Source of the DNA: Gammaproteobacteria bacterium | GTDB lineage: Bacteria > Pseudomonadota > Gammaproteobacteria > Steroidobacterales > Rariloculaceae | Reading direction: 5' to 3' | DNA: 64,000 bases | NCBI GenBank assembly: GCA_022819855.1 | Contig: JAJEGN010000005.1 | Coordinates: forward strand, 69,724-133,723 | Part shown: positions 38,422-48,662 of the stretch, one piece after another | Layout of the letters: each line of letters opens with the position of its first letter | Position numbering within the stretch: position 1 is the first letter of the stretch | The notes under the pieces: model-generated | What the model was told of the DNA's origin: nothing | What the model saw: the letters and a program-made list of their open reading frames with translations, nothing else | The model's database searches: none | Translations under genes and position numbers: made by a program

Positions 38422-39981
38422 TCAGTCGATCCCGAGTCCTTCCCAGATCCCGTCGATCCGCTCGACGACCTCGGGGCTCATCGAGATCGGCCGACCCCAG
38501 TTGCGCGTCACTTCACCGGGCCACTTGTTGGTCGCGTCGATGCCGAGCTTGGAGCCGAGGCCCGCGACGGGCGACGCGAAGTCCAGATAGTCGATCGGCG
38601 TCGATTCCACGAGCACCGTGTCGCGCGCCGGGTCGACGCGGGTCGATATCGCCCAGATAACATCCGGCCACGAGCGCACGTCGATATCCTCATCGACGAC
38701 GATGACGATCTTCGTGTACATGAACTGGCGCAGGAACGACCAGACGCCGAACATGATGCGGCGCGGATGGCCGATGTATTCCTTGCGCATGCTGACGACC
38801 GCGACCCGGTACGAGCACGCTTCGCTCGGCAGGTAGAAGTCGACGATCTCCGGAAACTGCGCGCGCAGGAGCGGCACGAACACATCGTTGAGCGCGAGGC
38901 CGAGAACCGACGGCTCGTCGGGCGGCCGGCCCGTGTAGGTCGTGTGATAGATCGGATCGCTGCGATGCGTGATCCGCTCCACCGTCATGACCGGGAAGGT
39001 CTCGACCTCGTTGTAGTAGCCGGTGTGATCGCCGAACGGACCTTCGGGCGCCGTGTCGTCGGGCGCGATGTGGCCCTCGAGCGTGATCTCGGCGTGCGCC
39101 GGAACGAGCAGGTCGGAGCCCAGGCACTTGACGAGGTCCGTGCGCCGGCCGCGTAACAGCCCCGCGAACGAGTATTCCGACAGCGTATTCGGGATCGGCG
39201 TGACGGCTGCGAGGATCGTCGCGGGGTCAGGGGCGATGCTGACCGCGACCGGAAACGGCTCGCCGGGACGCTGCTGCTTCCAGGCGGCAAAGTCGGTCGC
39301 GCCGCCGCGGTGCGCGAGCCAGCGCATGATCGCGCGGTTGCGGCCGATGAGCTGCTGGCGGTAGATGCCGAGGTTCTGCCGTCCGCCGTCGGGGCCGCGG
39401 GTCGTCGTGAGCCCCCAGGTGATCAGGGGTCCCGCGTCCTCGGGCCAGCAGGTCTGGATCGGCCAGGCGCCGAGGTCGACGTCGTCGCCTTCGATGCGGT
39501 GTTCCTGGCAAGGCGCCGAGCGCAGCGTGCGCGGCGCCATCTTGAGCACTTCCCTGAGCAGCGGCAGCTTCGACCAGGCGTCGCCGACGCCGCGCGGCGC
39601 TTCGGGCGTCCTGAGCGCGGCCAGCAGCTTGCCGAGGTCCTCGAAGCCTTCGGGACCTTCCGTTCCGAGTGCGGCGGCGATCCGGTCCGCCGTGCCGAAC
39701 AGGTTGGTGAGCACCCGAACGCCGCTGTCGCTGCCACCGCTGCCATTGCCGCCGTTGTTGCCGTTGCTGCTGCCGCTACCGCCGCCGCCACTGTCGCCGA
39801 CTGCGGTAAAGAGCAGCGCCGGACCCTGGCGCGCAAGCGTGCGCCGCGAGATTTCGGTGAGTTCCAGGTGCGGACTGACCGGCGTCGCGATCTCGCGCAG
39901 ATCGTTGCGCTCAACGAGCAGGTCGAGAAAGTCGCGGAAGTCCACGATCTTCTGTTGCGGTGTCGGCCAGAGCGAGTCCAT
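38422..39981 (-). CDS. ubiD: 4-hydroxy-3-polyprenylbenzoate decarboxylase, with a Gly/Ser/Asn insertion near the N-terminus
   Basis: 519 aa with UbiD-family blocks (LLFT..LTNLFGT, GIYRQQ, DHTGYYN). The insertion is [26 protein letters not shown]. Confidence 0.9.
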   Translation of the reverse strand: MDSLWPTPQQKIVDFRDFLDLLVERNDLREIATPVSPHLELTEISRRTLARQGPALLFTAVGDSGGGGSGSSNGNNGGNGSGGSDSGVRVLTNLFGTADRIAAALGTEGPEGFEDLGKLLAALRTPEAPRGVGDAWSKLPLLREVLKMAPRTLRSAPCQEHRIEGDDVDLGAWPIQTCWPEDAGPLITWGLTTTRGPDGGRQNLGIYRQQLIGRNRAIMRWLAHRGGATDFAAWKQQRPGEPFPVAVSIAPDPATILAAVTPIPNTLSEYSFAGLLRGRRTDLVKCLGSDLLVPAHAEITLEGHIAPDDTAPEGPFGDHTGYYNEVETFPVMTVERITHRSDPIYHTTYTGRPPDEPSVLGLALNDVFVPLLRAQFPEIVDFYLPSEACSYRVAVVSMRKEYIGHPRRIMFGVWSFLRQFMYTKIVIVVDEDIDVRSWPDVIWAISTRVDPARDTVLVESTPIDYLDFASPVAGLGSKLGIDATNKWPGEVTRNWGRPISMSPEVVERIDGIWEGLGID

Positions 39982-40150
39982 TTATAATCGTGGCGCCGTT
40001 AATTGTTCAGACGGGTTCCGTTCGACGCGTTCGATCGGCCGAAGCAGCGGATGATAGCGGATTCGCAACGGCGAATTCCCGCGGCCTCGCGGGTTCTCGA
40101 GTGGGCCAGGTTGCGATCTTCCATCCTCCGACTGGAGCATTGCCAGCGCC

Positions 40151-40972
40151 ATGCAGCTCGAGTTCGCAAAAATGCACGGTCTGGGCAACGACTTCATGAT
40201 CGTCCGCTGGCCTGACGGCCTCGATGTACCGATTGCCGAACGCGTGCGCGAACTCGCCGACCGCCGCCTCGGGGTCGGCTTCGACCAGTTGCTGCTCGTC
40301 GATGGGATCAATGCCGACGGCGCCGGCGCAAGTTACCGGATCTTCAATGCCAACGGCGGGGAAGTGGAGCAGTGCGGCAACGGCGCGCGCTGCGTCGCGA
40401 GCTTTCTGGCCGGAGCGCCCGGCGAAAGACTGAGCCTCACGAGCGCCGGCGGCACGATAGAGACCGAAGTGCTCGACGATGGGCTCGTCACGGTCGATTT
40501 CGGCGAGCCCGACTTTCGTCCGGCGTCCCTGCCGTTCGAGACGCCGACCCGACAGGATCGCTACAGCCTTGCACTCGGAGCCGGCGAAGCCCGGTTCGGC
40601 GCCGTGTCCGTCGGCAATCCGCATGCCGTGATCGAGGTGGATTCGGTGGACGGCGCGCCGGTCGGTATACTTGGCGCGGAGTTGGCAGTGCACCCGGCCT
40701 TCCCGCAAGGGGTCAATGTCGGGTTCATGCAGCGCGACGACCGCGAACATGCAAGGCTCAGGGTGTTCGAGCGCGGCGTCGGGGAGACGCGCGCCTGCGG
40801 CACCGGGGCCGCGGCGGCGGTGGCCGTCGGCCGAATCCGGGGGCAGTTCGCCGGCGAGGTGACAGTGAGTCTGCCGGGCGGCACATTGCGTGTCAGTTGG
40901 CCCGGGCCCGGAGCGCCCTTGCGGCAGACCGGTCCGGCAACCAGGGTATACGAGGGCCGAATCGAGCTATGA
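40151..40972 (+). CDS. dapF: Diaminopimelate epimerase
   Basis: FAKMHGLGNDFMIV, with catalytic Cys contexts EQCGNGARC and RACGTGAAA. Confidence 0.9.
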   Translation: MQLEFAKMHGLGNDFMIVRWPDGLDVPIAERVRELADRRLGVGFDQLLLVDGINADGAGASYRIFNANGGEVEQCGNGARCVASFLAGAPGERLSLTSAGGTIETEVLDDGLVTVDFGEPDFRPASLPFETPTRQDRYSLALGAGEARFGAVSVGNPHAVIEVDSVDGAPVGILGAELAVHPAFPQGVNVGFMQRDDREHARLRVFERGVGETRACGTGAAAAVAVGRIRGQFAGEVTVSLPGGTLRVSWPGPGAPLRQTGPATRVYEGRIEL

Positions 40973-41688
40973 GCGAACCGGAAACCAGCGCTGAAGCCAC
41001 TCCCGAATTCACCGAGTCCGAAGTCGCCGACTACCTGCGCGAACACCCGGACTTCTTCGAGCGCTACCCGTCTTTGCTCCTGCACATGAACATGCCGCAC
41101 GGCGTCGGGGACTCCGCGGTCTCCCTCGTCGAGCGGCAGGTATCGATGCTGCGGCAGCGAAACACCGAACTCGACCTGCGACTCGCCGAACTCGTGAGCG
41201 TCGCCAAGCTCAACGACACGCTCGTCCGGAACATCATCCGCCTCGGGGCCAGGCTCATGCGCGTTCCCGATACGAACGGCCGACTCGCGAAGCTCAAGTC
41301 GAGCCTCGAGAAGGACTTTTCGGCCGATAACGCGGTGCTCGTGCAGTTCGAGCCGGGCGCCTCGCCGCCGGAGTTGCCGGCCGACTTCGTGCTGCGCATC
41401 GACCGGGATCACGAGGCGCTCGAGGCGTTCGACGGTTTCCTGCGCACCGCGCGCCCGCGTTGCGGTCCGATCACGGACAGCCAGCGAAAGCTCGTTTTCG
41501 GCCGGGGCATCAAGTCCGCCGCGTTCGTGCCGCTCGGCGACGGCGCGAGGCTCGGTTTTCTCGTCATCGGGAGCAAGGACCCGAAGTATTTTCATCCCAC
41601 CAAGCGCACGGACTACCTGGGTCCCCTGGGCAATATCGTTGCGGCCGCGATCGAAAGCGGGCAACCCGATGGTGACGGAAGTCCGTAA
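40969..41688 (+). CDS. DUF484-family (GAF-like) protein
   Basis: ATG 40969 overlaps the dapF stop (ATGA). VADYLREHPDFFERYPSLL ... VSLVERQVSMLR is typical of DUF484. Conserved dapF-DUF484-xerC synteny. Confidence 0.75.
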   Translation: MSEPETSAEATPEFTESEVADYLREHPDFFERYPSLLLHMNMPHGVGDSAVSLVERQVSMLRQRNTELDLRLAELVSVAKLNDTLVRNIIRLGARLMRVPDTNGRLAKLKSSLEKDFSADNAVLVQFEPGASPPELPADFVLRIDRDHEALEAFDGFLRTARPRCGPITDSQRKLVFGRGIKSAAFVPLGDGARLGFLVIGSKDPKYFHPTKRTDYLGPLGNIVAAAIESGQPDGDGSP

Positions 41689-41828
41689 TGCTCCGAACAG
41701 CACCGGAGCCCATTGTTGGCCGCTCAATGACCGGTTGGTTTGTTTGGCGTCAAGCCATCGGCAACGGCGTCGTCCCGAGACGACCAGGCTCGCGAGATCC
41801 GGCGCGCGCGTCTCGACCCCGGTGAAAC

Positions 41829-42806
41829 ATGTTGTCCAGTGAACTTGATCGCTATCTGGCCGGGCTGACGACCGAACGCCGGCTGTCGCCGAATACGGTC
41901 GCGGCCTACCGGCGCGACCTCGGCGCGCTGCTCGACTTCTGCGCGCGCGGGGACATCGATACGCCGGATCGGCTCACCGTGCATCATGTCAGGCGGTTTG
42001 CTGCCGAAAGTCATGCCCGGGGCCTTTCGCCGCGCAGCATCGCGCGGCGCCTGTCGGCGGTCAGGAGTTTTCTGGACTCGCTCGTCGAGCGGGGCCGGCT
42101 GGGTTCGAATGTCGCCGTGCACGTGCAGGCGCCGAAATCGTCGCGTCGCCTGCCCGCCACGCTCGATGCAGACCAGGTCTCGAGCCTGCTCGATATCGAG
42201 TCGGATGACGATCTCGCGATTCGGGACCGGGCGATGCTCGAGCTTTTCTATTCGTCCGGACTCAGACTCGCGGAAGTCGTCGGCATGGACGTCACCGACG
42301 TCGACAGGGCGGACCGGACCGTGCGGGTCACCGGCAAGGGCGCGAAGAGCCGCGTCGTGCCGGTCGGACGCCTCGCGCTTGAGGCCATCGAGCGATGGCT
42401 CCCCGTTCGCTCCCGGATCGTCAGGGGCGGGGAGCTGGCCATGTTCGTGAGCAAGCGCGGCACGCGGCTCGCGGCGCGCAGCGTCCAGGCGCGGATCAAT
42501 CACTGGGCGCGCGTGCAGGGCAGCCCCACCGGCGTGCACCCGCACATGCTGCGCCACTCGTTCGCCACGCACATCCTCGAATCGAGCGGCGACCTCAGGG
42601 CCGTGCAGGAAATGCTCGGCCATTCGAGCCTGTCCACGACCCAGGTCTACACCCATCTCGACTTCCAGCACCTTGCGCAAAGCTACGACAAGGCGCATCC
42701 GCGCGCCCGGCGCGGCCAGGGTCAGCGTGACGGCGCCGCAGGCCGGACCCGATCGGCGCCTCCGCGCGCCCGCCGCGACGAGCGCGGCAGCCAGAAGACC
42801 TCGTGA
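41829..42806 (+). CDS. xerC: Tyrosine recombinase XerC
   Basis: N-terminal SAM-like core-binding domain. Catalytic region [12 protein letters not shown]...[15 protein letters not shown]. Confidence 0.9.
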   Translation: MLSSELDRYLAGLTTERRLSPNTVAAYRRDLGALLDFCARGDIDTPDRLTVHHVRRFAAESHARGLSPRSIARRLSAVRSFLDSLVERGRLGSNVAVHVQAPKSSRRLPATLDADQVSSLLDIESDDDLAIRDRAMLELFYSSGLRLAEVVGMDVTDVDRADRTVRVTGKGAKSRVVPVGRLALEAIERWLPVRSRIVRGGELAMFVSKRGTRLAARSVQARINHWARVQGSPTGVHPHMLRHSFATHILESSGDLRAVQEMLGHSSLSTTQVYTHLDFQHLAQSYDKAHPRARRGQGQRDGAAGRTRSAPPRARRDERGSQKTS

Positions 42807-43333
42807 GCGAGTTCCACGGCACGACGATCGTCTGTGTACGGCGTGACGGGCGCGTCGCGCTCGGCGGCGACGGCCAGGTCACGCTCGGCGACAAGGTCGT
42901 CAAGGGCAACGCGAGCAAGGTCCGGCGCCTGCACGAAGGGACGGTGCTTGCCGGTTTCGCCGGCGGCGCGGCGGATGCCTTCACGCTGTTCGACGCCTTC
43001 GAGGCCAAGCTCGACCAGTACGGGAACCTCAGGCGCGCCGCGATCGAGCTTGCCAGGGACTGGCGTACCGACCGCATGCTCCGGCGGCTCGATGCGCTGC
43101 TCTGCGTGGCCGACAGGGAGATGTCGCTCCTGATTTCGGGAACCGGCGACGTGATCGAGCCCGAGCACGATCTGCTCGCCATCGGTTCGGGCGGCGGCTA
43201 CGCGCAGGCGGCGGCGCAGGCGCTGCTCGAGCATACCGACCTCGACGCACGCCGCATCGTGGAGGAGGCGCTGGCCATCGCCGGCGAGATCTGCATCTAC
43301 ACGAACCGGACGGTCCGGGTCGAGGAATTGTAG
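42803..43333 (+). CDS. hslV: ATP-dependent protease subunit HslV
   Basis: N-terminal [24 protein letters not shown]; 176 aa. Confidence 0.95.
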   Translation: MSEFHGTTIVCVRRDGRVALGGDGQVTLGDKVVKGNASKVRRLHEGTVLAGFAGGAADAFTLFDAFEAKLDQYGNLRRAAIELARDWRTDRMLRRLDALLCVADREMSLLISGTGDVIEPEHDLLAIGSGGGYAQAAAQALLEHTDLDARRIVEEALAIAGEICIYTNRTVRVEEL

Positions 43334-43519
43334 GGAAGTACAGCCATTCTCACTTTGGCGTCCGACTTCACTGGCGGGCGCGAGATTTCTTCACTCTCCG
43401 GACGAATCAACCTCCAGACTCGTCCTGCGCACGGGACTGACGGGCATAATGGGCATCGCTAAGGGAAGCGCCGCAAATCATCGCTTCGAAGACGCCGCAG
43501 GAACACGCCGTAAACCACC

Positions 43520-44827
43520 ATGTCCATGACGCCCAGAGAAATCGTCCAGGAGCTCGACAAGCACATCGTCGGCCAGGACGACGCCAAGCGCGCCGTCGCG
43601 ATCGCGCTGCGCAACCGCTGGCGGCGCAGCCAGGTCGGCGAGCCGCTGCAGAGCGAAATCACGCCGAAGAACATCCTCATGATCGGCCCGACCGGCGTCG
43701 GCAAGACCGAGATCGCCAGACGGCTCGCGAGGCTCGCCAAGGCGCCGTTCATCAAGGTCGAGGCGACGAAGTTCACCGAGGTCGGCTATGTCGGGCGCGA
43801 GGTCGACTCGATCGTCCGGGATCTCGTCGACATGGCCGTCAAGATGCTGCGCGAGGACGCGATGCAGCGGGTCAGCCACCGCGCCAAGGACGCCGCCGAG
43901 GACCGCCTGCTCGATGCGTTGCTGCCGGGCGCGGGCAGCGCCGAGGACGGGCGCGATACGCGGCAGAAGTTTCGCAAGAAGCTCCGCGAGGGGGCTCTCG
44001 ACGAGCGCGAAATCGAGATCGACGTGCAGGCGCCGGCCGTCGGCGTCGAGATCATGGCGCCTCCGGGCATGGAGGAGATGACGAACCAGCTCCAGAGCAT
44101 GTTCCAGAATCTCGGCAGCGGCCGGCAGCGCTCGCGCAAGCTCAGGGTCAGGGATGCGCTCGGCCTGCTCGAGGACGAGGAAGCGGCGAAGATGATCGAC
44201 GAGGAAGATCTCAAGGTCGACGCCTTGCGCGCCGTGGAGCAGGACGGCATCGTGTTCATCGACGAACTCGACAAGGTCGCGCGGCGTGCGGAGACGCACG
44301 GCGCCGACGTCTCCCGCGAGGGCGTGCAGCGCGACCTGCTGCCACTCGTCGAGGGCTGCACGATCAGCACGCGCTACGGCATGGTCCGGACCGACCATAT
44401 CCTCTTCATCGCTTCGGGCGCGTTCAGCGTGGCGAAGCCGTCGGATCTGATCCCGGAGCTGCAGGGACGGTTTCCGATCCGCGTCGAACTCGGGGCGCTC
44501 GGCATCGAGGAATTCGTGCGGATCCTGACCGAACCCGACGCGTCGCTGACCGAGCAGTACCAGGGCCTGCTCGAGACCGAGCGTGTGGAGCTCCGCTTCG
44601 AGGACGACGGCGTTCGGCGCATCGCGGAGGTGTCGTACCAGGTCAACGAGCGCAGCGAGAACATCGGCGCGAGGCGCCTGCATACCGTGCTCGAGCGCCT
44701 GCTCGAGGTGATTTCCTACGAGGCCGCCGATCGCGGCGGCGAGACGGTCGTCGTCGATGCGGACTACGTCGATCGTCACCTGGGCGAACTGGTCCAGGAC
44801 GAAGACCTGAGCCGCTACATCCTGTAG
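43520..44827 (+). CDS. hslU: ATP-dependent protease ATPase subunit HslU
   Basis: [17 protein letters not shown], Walker [16 protein letters not shown], and C-terminal DLSRYIL. Confidence 0.95.
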   Translation: MSMTPREIVQELDKHIVGQDDAKRAVAIALRNRWRRSQVGEPLQSEITPKNILMIGPTGVGKTEIARRLARLAKAPFIKVEATKFTEVGYVGREVDSIVRDLVDMAVKMLREDAMQRVSHRAKDAAEDRLLDALLPGAGSAEDGRDTRQKFRKKLREGALDEREIEIDVQAPAVGVEIMAPPGMEEMTNQLQSMFQNLGSGRQRSRKLRVRDALGLLEDEEAAKMIDEEDLKVDALRAVEQDGIVFIDELDKVARRAETHGADVSREGVQRDLLPLVEGCTISTRYGMVRTDHILFIASGAFSVAKPSDLIPELQGRFPIRVELGALGIEEFVRILTEPDASLTEQYQGLLETERVELRFEDDGVRRIAEVSYQVNERSENIGARRLHTVLERLLEVISYEAADRGGETVVVDADYVDRHLGELVQDEDLSRYIL

Positions 44828-44953
44828 TTGCCTGTGGCAGGCGCTCTACTGCAGTTGACCGACCATGCGTCCCTCTCGTGCGCGTTGCCGGGCATGCCGG
44901 CGGTCTCGCAGCGACGCCGAGTGCTTGCCACAAACCACCACGGAGCTTGAGAT

Positions 44954-45331
44954 TTGTCCGGTCAAACTTCGCCACCGCCCATCCCGACGGCGCTCACGCT
45001 CAAGCGCGGCCGCCGCGAACTCGCGATCGAATTTTCCGACGGCCTGTCGGCAGTGTTGACCGCGGAGTATCTGCGCGTGCACTCACCGTCCGCGGAGGTC
45101 ACTGGCCACGGAGTCGGCGAGGGCGTGCTCGTGACGGACAAGGAGACCGTCGCGATCGATCGCATCGACCCGGTCGGCCGTTACGCCGTCAGGCTCGTCT
45201 TCGACGACGGCCACGACACGGGCCTGTATACGTGGCCTATACTTCACGAGCTTTGCCGCGAGCGGGAACGAAAGTGGCAGCGCTACCAGGAGCGCCTTGC
45301 GGAACGCGGCCGCGAGCAGCCGGCGGAATAA
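44954..45331 (+). CDS. DUF971 (gamma-butyrobetaine hydroxylase-like N-terminal domain) protein
   Basis: LTAEYLRVHSPSAEV ... VGRYAVRLVFDDGHDTGLYTW is typical of DUF971. Confidence 0.7.
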   Translation: MSGQTSPPPIPTALTLKRGRRELAIEFSDGLSAVLTAEYLRVHSPSAEVTGHGVGEGVLVTDKETVAIDRIDPVGRYAVRLVFDDGHDTGLYTWPILHELCRERERKWQRYQERLAERGREQPAE

Positions 45332-45335
45332 TGCG

Positions 45336-46106
45336 ATGGCGACTGACAGCAATGCACAGAGCAGCGAGCGTCTGACCGATTTCGGTAGCGAGCGCGTGCG
45401 CTGGAGCGAGAAGAAGGCTCGCGTCAGAGGCGTCTTCGACTCCGTCGCATCCCGCTACGACCTCATGAACGATGCGATGTCGTTCGGACTGCATCGCCTC
45501 TGGAAGCGGTTCGCGATAGCCCGGACCGGACTCAGGCCGGGCGACTGCGCGCTCGATGTCGCCGCCGGCAGCGGTGATATCGCGCTCGGATTGGCTCGGC
45601 GCGTCGGCCCGACCGGCCGGGTCGTCGTCACCGACATCAACGCGGCCATGCTCGATGTCGGCCGCGACCGGCTGCTCGACGCCGGCCTCGTCCGCAACAT
45701 CGACTACGTGCTGGCCGACGCAGAAGCGCTGCCGTTCCGCTCGGCCGCATTCAACTGCGTGACCATCGGCTTCGGGCTGCGCAACGTCACGGACAAGGAA
45801 GCCGCACTCGGCTCGATTTTCCGCGTGCTAAAGCCCGGCGGCCGACTGCTCGTGCTCGAGTTCTCCCGACTGCGGCTCAGGGAGCTTGAACCGGTCTATG
45901 ATTTCTACTCCTTCCAGGTCTTGCCGCGCCTCGGGAGCCTGCTCGCCGGGGATTCGGAGAGCTACCGCTATCTTGCCGAGTCGATTCGCCGCCATCCGGA
46001 CCAGGACGCGATGCAGCGCCTGCTCGAGGCTGCGGGTTTCGAGCGCTGCACGTACCACAACCTCGCCGCGGGGATCGTCGCCCTGCACGCCGGCTACAGG
46101 CTGTAG
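45336..46106 (+). CDS. ubiE: Demethylmenaquinone/ubiquinone C-methyltransferase
   Basis: Start at ATG 45336. VFDSVASRYDLMNDAMSFGLHRLWK and SAM motif LDVAAGSGD. Confidence 0.9.
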   Translation: MATDSNAQSSERLTDFGSERVRWSEKKARVRGVFDSVASRYDLMNDAMSFGLHRLWKRFAIARTGLRPGDCALDVAAGSGDIALGLARRVGPTGRVVVTDINAAMLDVGRDRLLDAGLVRNIDYVLADAEALPFRSAAFNCVTIGFGLRNVTDKEAALGSIFRVLKPGGRLLVLEFSRLRLRELEPVYDFYSFQVLPRLGSLLAGDSESYRYLAESIRRHPDQDAMQRLLEAAGFERCTYHNLAAGIVALHAGYRL

Positions 46107-46176
46107 TAGTCCGTGACAGAATTCCGCGTCGCACGGGAACCGGCCAGGCGCCCTTCCGCTTCATGCAGCCGGGCCT

Positions 46177-46806
46177 GTGCGGCGGGTTGCTGAACCGATG
46201 GTCCTCGCGACGTGCCAGAGCATGCTGAACCGGACCATCGCCGACTCGACGGCGTCGCGCCGCGCTGCACAGGAACTCGAGGGCGAAAGCCTCGCGGTCG
46301 AGATCGACGGTACCGGCATCAGGGTGACGTTGCGGGTCAGTCAGGGCGAGATCACGCTCGCGACCGATGACGCAGGCCCCGTCAGCGCCGAACTCGGCGC
46401 AGGGCCGCTCGACCTGCTGCGCCTCGCGCGCGCCGGCAGTCTCGGCGAGCTTCGCGGCACGCAGGCCAGGCTCAGCGGCGACGTGAGCGTGGCCGAGGGC
46501 TTTGCGGAGTTGCTGAGGCTGGCCAGGCCCGATTTCGAAGAGGAATTGTCCGGCTGGATCGGCGACATCCCCGCACACGAGCTCGGCGACGCGACACGAG
46601 CGTTTGTGGGCTGGGGCTTTGCCGCGAGCCGTGCGCTCCGGGCGAACATGGCGGAGTACCTGCAGGAGGAAAGCCGTGTCATGCCGGGCCGCTACGAGGT
46701 CGGGGCGTTCTACGGCGATGTCGAACGGCTGTCGGACGATGTCGACCACGCGGCGGAGCGCCTGGACCGGCTGGAGCGATCGCTCGCGCGCGCTGCGCCC
46801 CGGTAG
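46177..46806 (+). CDS. ubiJ: Ubiquinone biosynthesis accessory factor UbiJ (SCP2 domain); start uncertain
   Basis: Located between ubiE and ubiB. SCP2-like N-terminal half and the conserved ARPDFEEELSGWIGD block. Confidence 0.6.
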   Translation: MRRVAEPMVLATCQSMLNRTIADSTASRRAAQELEGESLAVEIDGTGIRVTLRVSQGEITLATDDAGPVSAELGAGPLDLLRLARAGSLGELRGTQARLSGDVSVAEGFAELLRLARPDFEEELSGWIGDIPAHELGDATRAFVGWGFAASRALRANMAEYLQEESRVMPGRYEVGAFYGDVERLSDDVDHAAERLDRLERSLARAAPR

Positions 46807-46815
46807 TTCGAAACG

Positions 46816-48471
46816 ATGCGCCGCCTGCGACTGCTGCTGAGACTGTTCGCCATCGAGCGCACGTTGCTGCGTCACGGCCTCGACGAGATCGTTGTCCACA
46901 CCCATCGCTTCCGGACCGTCGTCGCGCTCCGAAAACTCCTGTACTTTGGCCGGCGCGCGTCACGCGGCCCGCTCGGCGAACGGATCAGGCTCGCGCTCGA
47001 GGAACTCGGGCCGTTGTTCGTCAAGTTCGGCCAGGCGGTGTCGGTGCGGCGCGACCTGCTGCCGCGCGAGATCGCCGATGAGCTTGCGAAGCTGCAGGAC
47101 AAGGTGCCGCCGTTCCCGGCCGAGGAGGTCGTCGCGATCCTCGAACGCGCGTTCGGACGGCCGGTAGACGAAACCTTCGCGGAGTTCGACTCCAACGCGC
47201 TCGCTGCAGCGTCGATCGCCCAGGCCCACGCGGCGAAACTCCCGGACGGCCAGGAGGTCGTCGTCAAGGTCCTGAGGCCGAACGTCCGGGCCATGATCCG
47301 GCGCGATCTCGAGGTCCTCTTCGCGCTCGCCGAAGTCGCCGAGCGGTACTGGCCGGAGGCACGCCGGCTGCGTCCGCTCGAAGTCGTCGCCGAATTCGAG
47401 AAGACGCTCGACCATGAGCTCGACCTCATGCGCGAGGCCGCGAGCGCCGCGCAGTTGAAGCGCAACTTCGAAGGGTCGGACCAGCTTTACGTGCCCGAGG
47501 TCCATTGGGACTGGTGCCGGCCGAACGTGCTCACGACCGAGCGGATCTTCGGCGTGCCGATCAATGACATCGAGGAGTTGAAACGCCGCGGCGCGAACAT
47601 CCGGCGGCTCGCCGAAAACGGCGTCGAGATCTTCTTCACGCAGGTGTTCCGCCACAACTTCTTCCACGCCGACATGCATCCGGGCAACATCTTCGTCGAC
47701 GTGACCGACCCCGAGCACCCGCGCTATGTGGCAGTCGACTTCGGGATCGTCGGCAGCCTGAGTTCGCGCGACCAGATGTATCTGGCGGAGAACTTCCTCG
47801 CGTTCTTCAAGCGCGACTACCGGCGCGTGGCGAAACTGCACGTCGACTCCGCCTGGGTGCCCGAGGACACGCGCGTCGACGAACTCGAAGCGGCCGTTCG
47901 CGCGGTCTGCGAGCCCGTCTTCAACAAGCCGCTCAAGGACATTTCCTTCGGTGTCGTGCTGCTTCGCTTGCTCGAGACGGCGAGGCGCTTCGACATGGAA
48001 GTCCAGCCGCAGCTCGTGCTGCTGCAGAAGACGCTGCTCGCGATCGAAGGGCTCGGCCGCGAACTCTATCCCGAGCTCGATCTGTGGAGCACCGCCATGC
48101 CGATCCTCGAGGACTGGGTGCGCGAGCGCCAGGACCCGCGCACGCAGGCGAAGCTGATCGTCGAAAACCTGCCGCAGATCGCGGAGGACCTGAGGCTCGT
48201 GCCGGAGCTGCTGCACAAGATCATCAGGCGAACCGAACGGCGGCTGAGCGAATCGCCGGCAGTTCGCGGCCGCCTCGCGGGCCGAACGTTCCGGGGTCCC
48301 GGACGCGCGGTCCGGCGGCAGTTTGCAGGCGCCGTGTTGCTGATCGCGGGCGTGCTCTGGACCGGCCTCGAGGCGGCGCCGGTCTGGGTGGGCTGGATCG
48401 GCGCCGGGGCGGGGCTGCTCCTGCTGTTCGTCGGTCGCCGGCGACCCCCCGGGAGGCGCCGTACGCGGTAG
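46816..48471 (+). CDS. ubiB: Ubiquinone biosynthesis regulatory kinase-like protein UbiB
   Basis: ABC1/UbiB blocks LGPLFVKFGQ, AAASIAQAHAA and HADMHPGNIF. C-terminal TM segments. Confidence 0.9.
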   Translation: MRRLRLLLRLFAIERTLLRHGLDEIVVHTHRFRTVVALRKLLYFGRRASRGPLGERIRLALEELGPLFVKFGQAVSVRRDLLPREIADELAKLQDKVPPFPAEEVVAILERAFGRPVDETFAEFDSNALAAASIAQAHAAKLPDGQEVVVKVLRPNVRAMIRRDLEVLFALAEVAERYWPEARRLRPLEVVAEFEKTLDHELDLMREAASAAQLKRNFEGSDQLYVPEVHWDWCRPNVLTTERIFGVPINDIEELKRRGANIRRLAENGVEIFFTQVFRHNFFHADMHPGNIFVDVTDPEHPRYVAVDFGIVGSLSSRDQMYLAENFLAFFKRDYRRVAKLHVDSAWVPEDTRVDELEAAVRAVCEPVFNKPLKDISFGVVLLRLLETARRFDMEVQPQLVLLQKTLLAIEGLGRELYPELDLWSTAMPILEDWVRERQDPRTQAKLIVENLPQIAEDLRLVPELLHKIIRRTERRLSESPAVRGRLAGRTFRGPGRAVRRQFAGAVLLIAGVLWTGLEAAPVWVGWIGAGAGLLLLFVGRRRPPGRRRTR

Positions 48472-48662
48472 GCCGCTGAAGTTCAAACGAACGGCAGCGA
48501 AGCGAGTCGGGGGCCGCCGTGGCGTCTTGCCGCGGTTTCGACCGTAATGATCGAGGCGGTAGCACGCGCGAAGCAAGGACGCTGCTCAGACGTCGCGGAC
48601 CGGCTCGCAAGTGGTCGATTGCGCGCGACTTCGCCCTTTCCGGCGTCGCAGTCGGCGAGCAG

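Noticed and set aside
40372-40968. N-terminal 199 codons of ORF 40372..41688.
   Set aside because: It lies out of frame inside dapF. The DUF484 homology begins at ATG 40969, which overlaps the dapF stop.
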